Assembly (NCBI RefSeq): GCF_009914755.1
Contig: NC_060938.1
Length of the DNA stretch: 64,000 nucleotides
Source: the human T2T-CHM13v2.0 reference genome, Homo sapiens
Direction: 5' to 3' (one strand)
Part shown: positions 53,630 through 64,000 of the stretch, piece by piece
How positions within the stretch are numbered: the first letter of the stretch is position 1
How the letters are laid out: each line of letters begins with the position of its first letter
Notes under the pieces: model-generated
Seen by the model: the letters and a program-made list of their open reading frames with translations, nothing else
The model's database searches: none
What the model was told of the DNA's origin: nothing
Made by a program: the position numbers and the translations under genes

Positions 53630-53987
53630 TGTGCTAGTCCATTTTCAGGCTGCTGATAATGACATACCCGAGACTGGGCAATTTACAAAAGAAAGAGGTT
53701 TAATGGACTCACAGTTCCATGTGGCTGGGGAGACCTCACAATTCTGGCAGAAGGTAAAAGGCACGTCTCACATGGAGGCAGACAAGAGAAGAGAGTTTGT
53801 GCAGCGAAATTACCCTTCATAAAACCATCAGATCTCATGAGACTTATGCACTATCACAAGGAAAGCATGGCAAAGACCTGCCCCCATGATTCACTTACAT
53901 CCCCTTGGGACCCCTCCCAACACGTGGGAATTGTGGGAGCTACAATTCAAGATGAGATTTTGGTGGGGACACAGCTAAACCATATCA
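53630..53987 (-). mobile_element. THE1B/C solo LTR
   Basis: tgtgctagtccattttcaggctgctgataatgacatacccgagactggg...gacacagctaaaccatatca; TSD gctgg/tctgg. Confidence 0.92.
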
Positions 53988-55892
53988 TCTGGCATTCACA
54001 GTTCTCAAGATTCTTGCCCCAACCTGCTTTTTTCCCTCTTTTACTCCTGATGTTTCATCAGTCTGGACTATTTTTCTCCATGTCTTCCTCACTCAGAATT
54101 CCACTCTTTAAAATTACTTGCCAAAACCCAATTCTCCCATCAAATCTTTTGAGATATTTACCATTCTCATCCTTACTCCTTACATATTAATAGGTAAATC
54201 CCCTCCCATAGCATACTGCCATTAATATAGTAATCACTCACAGAGTAAGTGTCAAATGAATAAATGCCAAATTTGCTTGGGAATGTTTTTAGAGTTGCAC
54301 CTTCAAATTCATTCAGTGTTATGGGCTTCAAGGGTTTCTGATCTCTGAGTAACTATCACAATGATTACGCATGTGCTTTTCCAGCTTATATTTGAACTGA
54401 TGATCTTATCAAATAAGGTAATTTTCAGCATCATCTCATCTATAAATTGTGAGATTTTTGCTTTATTTAGTGTCTTCATTCAAAAGGTTAAATACCATTC
54501 ATTATCATAGAATCACAAGTAAAGACTAATACAGTAAAGAGAAAGAAGTACAATGATATTTTTGAAATAAAACACAAGATTCAAATCCAGAACCATTGGA
54601 GGGACATTAGTGTGGGTGGAGGTGCTCAAGAAAATAAAGTAAATAATTAAAGTACTCAGAATGTTGGGATTAATCTCTGTGGAGAGCCATTTGTTATGGC
54701 AGCAACAAAAATGACTTTCCTTCCTTCCCTGTTAGCAAAACTATACCTCCCAGGGTGGTTAACAGAAATTCAATTATCATGATTGAGTTTGAATTTGTAG
54801 ACATTTCCTTGTGCTGCTGCTGCTAATAAACTCAGATGTTAATTTGTATACTTCAATATATTTAGCTTAAGTGTGAGATGATGTAGAATTTCCTGGATTT
54901 GGACACATGAGAGGGGCCATAATTTAGAGTAAATCTAATCATAGGATGTTTTAAAAGATTGGCTGGGTTTGCTGTGCTGGGAGCTGAGATGATGTTGCTA
55001 ATGGCAGATGCCATGCTGTGTATTCATCACACCCCTTTGCTTAGGGCACTGGCCCACCTACCTTGTTATACTACTGGGAAGAGACAGTGGTTATCCATCA
55101 TTTGCTTAATTAGTGGATAATTAGGGAAGGCATAGGACAAACACATTTTCTCATTCCGGTAGCAGATAGCAGAGACTTCAGATAAAAATGGCAACCAAGA
55201 ACTGGCTACTCTCTTTCATTTACAAGACAGCTCTTCTCAAACTCTATATTTTATCCCTCTATATATTGATGTCATACCCCAGCAGTGCTGATGAGTAAGG
55301 AACACAAGAGCTCAGCCTTTCCTTACCCAAGCTATTCCCCAGTAAAGGGAGCCAATTTATTTTTCAAGCTATCATTATCATAACTATTGCCATCATCAGG
55401 ATTTACAGAGTACTTACTATGTGCCAGAAACTGTTCTGAGAGTTAGCTGAAGTCTGAATGATTTATTCACTTCCGACAAGAAGTGAATATTGAACTGTCA
55501 AGGGGACCATCTGTCAGCAGCGTAGGTAAGTAGCAGGCCCAGGGACATGCTGCCTAGGTTTAGATCCTGATTTTACCTCCTACCAGCTGTTTCAATTGTA
55601 AAATTACTTAACTTCTCAGTGACTCAATTTCCTCATCTACACAAATGGAATAAGAAATAGGGCCTACCTCATAGGCTTCTTGTGAGTTGAGTTGAATAGC
55701 CAGAGTGTCTAGCACATATCAAAAGGTCACTAAGTACTGGCTAATTTTCTTATTATTATGGGTGGGGACAAAGTGTTATTCATTTTTGCATCACTGAAAC
55801 CTAACAGATTCCTTACTACATAAGAGATACTCAGTATTTAAAATGGAAGAAAGGAGTGACTTGTAAATACTTAATAGATATTAATTGATTGG

Positions 55893-56573
55893 TATGGTAG
55901 GCTGAATAAAGGCCCTCCAAAGACATCCATATCCTAATACCTGAAACCTGTGAATATGTTACCTTACATAGCAAAAGAGACTTCTGTGCTTATGTTAAGA
56001 ATTTTGTGATGAAGAGAATTTTAGATCAGGGGGATCCACTCTTTTGGCTTTCCTAGGCCACGTTGGAAGGATCGTCTTGGGCCACACATAAAATACACTA
56101 ACACTAATGATGGCTGATGAGCTGAAAAAAAATCTCGTAATGTTTTAAGAAAATGTACAGCTTTATGTTGGGCTACATTCAAAGCCATCCTAGGCCACAT
56201 GGTGCCCATGGGCTGCAGGTTGGACAAGCTTGTATTAGATTATCTGGGTGGACCCAGTGTTCCCAAGGGTCCTTTTAAGAGGGAGGCAAGAGGATTGCAG
56301 TCACAGAGAGACGTGGTCACAGAAGCAGAGGTTGGATTGATGAGCTTTGGGGATGGAAGAAGGGTCCAGGAACCAAAAAATATGGCAACCTCTGGAAGCT
56401 GGAAAAGGCCAGGAAACAAATTTTCCCCCAGAGCCTTTAGAAGGAATGCGGTCTTGCCAACATCTTGATATTTTAATTTCTGACTTCCAGGATTGTAAGA
56501 TAATTAATCTATGCAGTTTTTAAGCCATGAAGTTTGTGGTAATTTGTTACAGCAGCAATAGGAATCGAATACA
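55893..56573 (+). mobile_element. MLT1D-like solo LTR interrupted by MER30
   Basis: tatggtaggctgaataaaggccctccaaagacatcc...gcagcaataggaatcgaataca; TSD attgg/attag. Confidence 0.88.
56027..56232 (+). mobile_element. MER30 hAT MITE
   Basis: cagggggatcca...gggccacacataaaatacactaacac...ggttggacaagcttg; 8-bp hAT-type TSD ttttagat/tattagat. Confidence 0.9.
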
Positions 56574-57214
56574 ATTAGATTTTAGACATCATGTAGAGAT
56601 AAAAAGGAGTTAAGACTATTTAACTCAACTATCTCTGGGTAATGTTAGTCCTCTCATGCATCTTCTGGCCCTGCTCACTAAAATTAGAGCTTCTTAGGAA
56701 AATCTTTGGATTTTAATCACTGTCTTTGGCCTGGAGAGTAATATGCATTGTTGTATCTTGCCTCTTAGATAGCTGTTTATATTCATATGGATTTACTTCT
56801 TTAACAACTTATGATGATATCTGGATTTAAGTCTTTATAGTCTTCAAAGGTAGTGTTCATCTTTAGAACAAAGGGGTTTTAGGATAAGGGTGGGTGTTGA
56901 TGTTTGGGCAGTTCTCCAGAGGTTGGGTTGACAGGAGAAGCCTCTGGGAAGAAGATTTGCTGTGAATGATAAAGGCAATTTTAAGAGAAAAGAAAACTTC
57001 ATTCAGCATGTCACAGAATCTGTTTACAAGCAAGTTGTAATTTGCAGGTATTTGATAGCCGGGTTCCAACCACCCCTCTACCAAGGCATCTGGCATGTGC
57101 CTGGTTGGCAGGGTGCTTAACTAAATTGAAAGCAGTACCCCAAAAGCATCCCCTAAGAAAGTTACTTCACTGTAAGGACCAATCTTGTCTTTAGATGTGC
57201 CTTTAGTTTAATTT

Positions 57215-57414
57215 TGTTTTTAGAGAGGGAGACTTTCCCTATCACTCAGGCTGGAGTGCAATGGCATGATCATAGCTCACTGTAACCTTAGACTCCTAGG
57301 CTCAAGCAATCCCCCCTCGGCTTCCTGAATAGCTAAGACTACAGGTGTGTTCCACCACACCTGGTTAATTATTTTTCATTATTTTTTGTAGAGGTGGGTT
57401 CTCCCTATGTTGCT
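57215..57414 (-). mobile_element. Partial AluJ (right arm plus part of left arm)
   Basis: caggctggagtgcaatggcatgatcatagctcactgtaacc...gctcaagcaatcc...ctatgttgc. Confidence 0.85.
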
Positions 57415-58647
57415 TTATTTTATAAAAGAATACAACAGCTTAAGATCCCAGATGTACAGGCTGAATCAAACACTATATTTGGGGAACAGTGACCCTGAAC
57501 TCTAATCAATGAAAATACTAGTTTCAGGGTCATAGCTAGGTTTGAATGTCATCTTTGCTCCATGAGAGCTTTGTGGCATGAAGCAAGTTGTTTAACTTAT
57601 TTGGGTCTCAATTTCTTCATCTGCAAGATTTCAGAATTATAGGACACATCCTTTGTGTTTATTGGAAGGAGAATAAAAGGAAGAGTGGATATAAGACACT
57701 TTAGCACAAAAACTAAGGAAGCTGTAGCTAGCATAACATGAACAGACACGCATGCGGCGTTCTGGAAGGGGCTGCAGCCATCATCTACCCTTCAGCTCTG
57801 TTTCTTGCCTCCCCACTGTCCTGCTTTGATTTTACTTTGGTGCTTGGAATTGTATGCGGGAGCTTCAATCACCACTCTTTTCTGCTAGTATCACTAAAGC
57901 CTGGAGGACCTCAGAGAGCATCAATTTTACATCTTTTTGAAACTCTAGCTTCATTTAAAAACAATCAAAAACCAAGAGAATTCACATAAATATGTAAACT
58001 GCAAACCCCCAGTCTGTCTGTCTACAGTGTAATGATGGGAACAGATCGATAAATCTTAATTGTGTTGCCGCGTTCCCTGGGCTCCAAGAACACGGTTCAC
58101 AAATGGAAAGCTGGAAATGTTACCTCTGCTCCTTTTCCCCCAATATCTCACTTTACTTCTTTGAAAAGATTACATCTAATTTTGAGGCATAAATAACCTG
58201 GACAGGACCTAAAATGCATTTTATAGTACAGTAGTGAAAAAATAATGAACTTAGTTCAGCCCCAGTTCACCTAAGGCTTACTGCATGCATTATGTTAACT
58301 CATAAAGTATCATATTTATGGCATAACTATAATAGCTCCTAGAATCTGGGTGAGAGGTATGAGTGCTTAAGAGGAACTCAATTCAATATGACGGTGAAGA
58401 CATAAAAATTCAATGGCATTTGCTTTGTAAATCACATTTTCGATATGTATATTTAAAATTGGGAGTTTTACCTTCTTAGTAAACAATTACTTCTATTAAT
58501 ATTATCATGAATGATAACTTGTTATTGATTCCCTATTTATATGTCCAGAGAAAGATGTTCTCTCTTTCTGATATAGAAGCCTGAGGTCTCATCAAATAAT
58601 AATGTATAATATCAAATTGAATTAAGGCTCTCAATAGACTATATTTT

Positions 58648-58809
58648 CCAGACATGTTGGCTCATGCCTATAATCCCAGCACTGTGGGAGGCTGAAGCAG
58701 GAGAATAACTTAAGGCCAGGAGTTCAAGACCAACCTGGGCAATATGAGGACATTCTGTCTCTACAAAAATGAAAAATAATAACAATAAAATAAAAATTTA
58801 TATAAAAAA
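58648..58809 (+). mobile_element. FLAM (free left Alu monomer)
   Basis: Single Alu monomer with A-rich tail; TSD agactatatttt / agactacatttt. Confidence 0.82.
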
Positions 58810-59270
58810 AGACTACATTTTTTTTCACATTATAAACTCAGGCATAGTATGCCAATATTTTCTGTTTTATCACCTGCTGTGTCAGCACACATATATGTCA
58901 TTTCCAGGGGCTAAAGAAGGAAATATAAACACAATTAAGCAGAAATGAGGAATAGTCAATTATGCAAATAACAAGAAACTTAGTATATACATACTTTTCT
59001 TCATATAGCCATTTAATTCAGACTAAAATGCCTTCAGTTGAGGCCTTACATGATGTAGAAAAGTGTCCTACTCTGTCCAAGATTTGTATTTCAATATCTC
59101 AACATTAATACTATTTCAATCTCTCTTTTCATATAAGTAACACTTATGTTAAAGAATAATTATGTGAAAGTTGGTGAAAACTAACATTTAAATAAAGTAA
59201 TGAATCCTCAGCTGTATTTTGAAATAAATGCCCTGGTAACTCAGAAATTGTATATAACATCTTTGACCAA

Positions 59271-59693
59271 TATATTAGTCCATTTCTCACATTGTTATAA
59301 AGAAATACCTACAACTGGGTAATTTATAAGAAAAGAGGTTTCATTGGCTCACAGTCCTGTAGGCTGTATGGGAAGCATAATGGCATCTGCTTCTGGGAAG
59401 GCCTCAGGAAGCTTCCAATTATAGTGGAAGGTGAAGGAGGAGCAGGCATATCATATGGGGAAAGCAGGAACAAGAGTGTGAGGAGGGAAGTGCTATACAC
59501 TTTTAAATGAGCAGTTCTCATGAAAACTCACTCATTATTGTGAGGACAGTACCAGGTGTGATGGTGCTAAACCATTTATGATAAATCTTCCCTTATGATC
59601 CAATGACATGACCTCTCACCAATCCCCACTTCCAACATTGGAGATTACATTCAATATGAGATTTGCTTGGGGACACACATCCAAACTATATCA
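59271..59693 (-). mobile_element. MSTA/MSTB solo LTR
   Basis: tatattagtccatttctcacattgttataaagaaatacct...ggggacacacatccaaactatatca; TSD accaa/accag. Confidence 0.9.
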
Positions 59694-62600
59694 ACCAGTT
59701 AAATATTTTACTACCAAAACATACATTTAAAATGCATGGGAGTACTGTAATTCTTTTTATACTGTTGGGTATTCCACAAGATAAGTACACGTTGAGCACT
59801 AATTTAATTCAGTAAACATTAATTGATGATGCACTATGTACCAGTTCCAAGGAATACACTAATGAATCAGTACATACTGCACATCCAAGAAGGAAACAGA
59901 AAGAGAGCTATATAGCCCAAGGTGAAAATTAGCATGGGAAAATATACTTAGTTTCAAATATTCTGGGTTCCCAGAAACATTTTAAATCTTATAGAAACAT
60001 ATAATAAGATAATAGTTTTATTGCAGTTTTCTAATCTAGTGGATAAAATAAGACATATTGTTAAAAAAAATCAGCCAACAGGGCAAGACAGTATATGCAA
60101 AATGAATGTCATACTAATAAGTTCATGGTTAAATGCAGAAAATGAAGTAAAAATTTGGCCCAGCATAGAAATAATAAACTCTAAGATTTTTAATAAAGCC
60201 ACATACTTAATATTTCACTTAAACATTTAGGGGAATATAATTTCAAAAAGTTATATGATTGCCTTTATACAAGTAACCATATCCAGTGGGAAAATTCCTT
60301 TCTCTTGTAAAATCACATCTTTTTTTTTCCTCCCAAATGGATCACAGGTAATTTTCAGAGTAGTTTCTAAAACCCCCTGACAAAGTTATCAAACCAGACA
60401 AATTACATTTCCTCCATGTTTGCTATCAACAGATTGTGCAGTGATAGGATCACAGTCTCCTTATTTTCCAGACATGAAAAACATTCTTGCAAGCTGGATT
60501 AAAAATCCAGATAAAATAATAACACTAATAATATCTTCTGTATCACATTACTTTCCATGATGTTATATTGGTTATCTAGCTTGAATGACAGCAAGCACAG
60601 ATGAAATACACTTAAAATGAGTAACACGTGTGGGATGTTTATCTCATGCAAAGTGGACAGAAGCACTGGAGTTTATTGCTATGACTTCAATAGAGAATTC
60701 TTTACATAATGTTACATGAAGTGTCAGTGCTAGAATATACAGTAATTGGAAGAAGGGTACATGGAAAAATAAACTCTCCTGATGTTATATATTAGATTCC
60801 ACAGTGGTCTCAGGGCATGTCTGAAGATCTTAATTCATTTAGTGTGCAGGAGCAATCTTTCTCTCAGGCTTATGTCTGTCTTCTCAATGTACAAAAGACT
60901 GCACTACAGGCTCACATTAAAAAGGAGCCTTGTAAAATGTTTCTTACAAAAATAAATAAATTGAGTATCCATATATGTAAGAGCTTAATTCTCAAGATAT
61001 GGCATGTTTAAGATTCACATTCTTTGGGCTTTCAGTTTGAAACAGAGAAGAAAACACTCTTTATGGTTGAGATTTCTGGATACATAACCAATGAGCAGTG
61101 CCTTAAGACATCTCTTTGCCTGGTAAGCACTTGCTTTAGAACTAGTGCAAGGCCTCAAGACCACTTGAAATATCAGCCATTCAAATTAAACATAATTTCC
61201 AGGTATTTAAAATGGCACATATATGAGGCCACAGTTCATATTTTCAGGTTATGTGTTTTCTGCTACTTTCTCCATTCTAACTTGAGAGTGGTGTTTCCAT
61301 GGCATCAGAAAAAGCACAAAAACACAAAAATGCCATTTCAGGTGGATTGAAGTTTGTTCTGGCATATCAAGATTTGTTCACTCCAACTCTTAATTTTCCT
61401 GAGTGGATAAAACTAATGCTGTTATTAAACTGGTCTAGACTGTAATCTGAATTGTAAAGAAAATAGATTCAGATTTCTTTCTCAGGGCTTAAACTTTGGT
61501 TTCTATGTTTATGGCTTATACAGTCTCTCTTTTAATTTGCTGATAAATAGACCACTTGGGAAGTTTCTGTTAGAGAGGCAGACAAAAGTGCAGGTGAAAA
61601 GGAGAATGCATTATTTGATATTTATACCTTTATCTGGCCCTGCACAAAACCAAGAGGCAAACACTATCTGGTCTCCATCTATCACTCATCCACCAGACAT
61701 CACTCAGTCTCTTTTTCTTACCGTGTCTCCCAAGGTGAAACAGCCCTTCTCACTTGTCTCCTCTCTCTTTCCTCTTTACACCTAGAGTCAAGTAATATAA
61801 ACTTGACTTAGTCATTCAAGATATATTTTGAAGACAGAGAACTTTTAAGCTCTTGGCTTCTGCAATTATGCCCTGTAGGCCATAATCAAGTCGTAAAATT
61901 AATTACATTAATGTAATTCATTAGAACCCAATTAAAGAATAATTTACTTTATCTGGATAAACTGCATTTCAGATTGTATTTCTGGGTTAGGAATTTTAGA
62001 AAGATAAAAATTTCTGAAGGATACAAAACCTCACAGAATATGTGGCACTTGTCAATATTATTATACAGACGGAGACCCTTATATTTTTAAAGCTACAGAT
62101 TTTACACATCAGTGACTTGATCAAAATATGGATTCAGTCTGGCAGTTTATCTTCAGGATAAAAGTGGCCAGCCTGATATGTTTGTAAAGGTCATGTGGTG
62201 TGTTTTAATATCTGTCATACATATGTAGAGCATGTTCTCAAGTTTACACTTGCCCTTTAACTCCCAGTACAGGAAATCTGCTGCTAGCAAAGACTTGTAA
62301 AATGTTTATGACATTTAAGTCATGCACAAGATTTCTTATTCAGGAAGAGTGAGCTGTAAAATTTGCATATGGTGTCCAACGTTTAGACCCAGAGTCCCAT
62401 ATTTGGCCTTCTAAAATCTTGCTTATACAGTTGTTTCATCCCCTAGCCATTTGATTATATCTTGTTACCAAATAGCACATTAGTTGGATGATCATCGTTC
62501 TCTGTTATTGAATAAGTAAATTATAGATTATATCAACATCCCATCTTGTTCAAGTCGACCTTGTCGTTAAGTTGTACAGAGGACTTCTCACTGTGCAACA

Positions 62601-63789
62601 TGACAAGTATGAACTCGTAATGCTTAACACTGCAAACTTAGCTTCCAGAAGAAACTATATACAAATATTAAGGGGACAAGACCATATAGGGTTTGTGCAG
62701 AAAGACATCACACATGTAATTCACAAAGATGCAGATGTTGGTTCCTTATTATCACTGGTATTTGTGAATCATGTTTATATGTATTTATAACCAAATATAT
62801 ATTTACTATATCAACAAACACACGAACATGCACCTAACAAACATATTCATCTGAAGGGTAATTTTTGAACCCTTCCAGATTTGAACAAGCATATTAGATG
62901 TTTTGCAAAAATCAGTGAAACACACACACAACCTTCAGAAATGGGACCCGGGAAGGAATATCAATAATTCATTTGGAATCAAAAAATGTGATAATAAAAA
63001 ATGTAACACAAATGTTATAGGAGCTCAGATGTAGGGTAAACGAGGTGACAAGGAAATCGGCTCTGCTGAATTTTCTGAGAAAAAAATTGTCCCCTATCAA
63101 TGTGGTTATGACTATGATAGAGAAGAAAAAATCAGGGGAAGCAGAGTGAAAGGGAAGAATGAGTCACCCAAATTGGAGCCAGCTGGAGGAGTGGTTTCTT
63201 GTATACTTGCTTGGCCACCAACCAATGAGTCTATCTCTCTCCCTCCCCATGTCACCTGGGCTGGCTGGGTCCATTGTTCTTGTGGGTAGAATCTGGGTAA
63301 CGACATTGGTCTATCTTCAAGTCTTTCATGTTAGAAAAATAGAGCTTTTTTTTTTTCAATATCATCTGGAATAAGGTTGAAGTTTTAAGTCTTTCTGGAT
63401 TTCATTTGATTATATAGAAATCACAATCAAAAGCAAATAGATTTTGACTTTTCTGCTGGTAGTCATGATAATGGCAGGCAGACTAGAAAGATAAAAAAGA
63501 TAAAGCGAGCACAAGAAGACCTTCAATTGCACTATCAATTGCACCTCAACAATTGCACTATCCAATAGCCATGCACGTATTTGAATACGCAGTACAACCA
63601 TAGCAGAGAAATAACAAGGAAGTGCACAATGAATTTCCAAAGAAGTGTCTGAAATAATGCTGTGAGTTGAGGAGCAGATGCCTGAGCCTTAAGGCTTGTG
63701 GGATTCTTACAAGAGGATCAAAATAGAGCTTAAAAGCTTTGGATAAGTAGAGATGTTGGAGTAGCTTAGGCACTGCAGAGAGTCGGCTA

Positions 63790-63945
63790 GGATCCAACCT
63801 TCCATGACCTTACTGCGCCTCAGTTGTTTCATCTGAATTTTGGGGAATATAATAGTGGCTACCTCAAAGGATTTAAGGAGTCAGTAGACACACAGAAATG
63901 CCAATGGTGCTTGATACAAATAAATACATTTTGTTATTGTAATTC
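63790..63945 (+). mobile_element. MIR SINE fragment
   Basis: gcctcagttgtttcatctg...tggggaatataatagtggctacctcaaagg. Confidence 0.6.
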
Positions 63946-64000
63946 AGGTTTTAGGAAAACTTATGAGTGAAGGATACACTAGGTATTGAGGCAGAAACAA

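Noticed and set aside
62530-62640. Possible minus-strand terminal coding exon (VKHYEFILVMLHSEK...)
   Set aside because: Poor polypyrimidine tract, and the peptide is not recognisable.
63524-63561. CRISPR-like repeat array
   Set aside because: Units are 12-14 bp with no spacers, there are no cas genes, and the context is human.

Overview
AT-rich human non-coding DNA (intergenic or deep intronic). A human-specific AluYb8-type insertion at 28060-28382 fixes the species. I find no supportable protein-coding gene. The only ORFs with recognisable homology are transposon remnants: the L1 ORF2p C-terminus at 18111-18542 and a MaLR internal ORF fragment at 19640-19852. The window is a mosaic of Alu (FLAM, J, S, Yb8), L1PA/L1M, L2, MIR, MaLR LTRs (THE1, MST, MLT1), ERVL/ERV1 LTRs (MLT2, MER31-like) and hAT DNA transposon relics (MER30, MER1, MER5). 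It also holds a 69-nt tail-less U3 snoRNA retrocopy with a perfect target-site duplication (TSD). The most unusual observations are: (1) a 28-bp piece of a nearby MIR copied into an Alu; (2) a near-perfect inverted copy of part of an ancient L1M, placed about 550 bp upstream; (3) an L1 fragment with filler DNA between 15-bp direct repeats; (4) a chimeric LTR element in which an ERVL-type MLT2 LTR joins MaLR internal sequence; (5) a candidate TATA promoter and first exon at about 38.75-38.97 kb. I see no clear evidence of a new multi-gene biological system. Subfamily names come from my recall of consensus sequences, and boundaries of old repeats are approximate.
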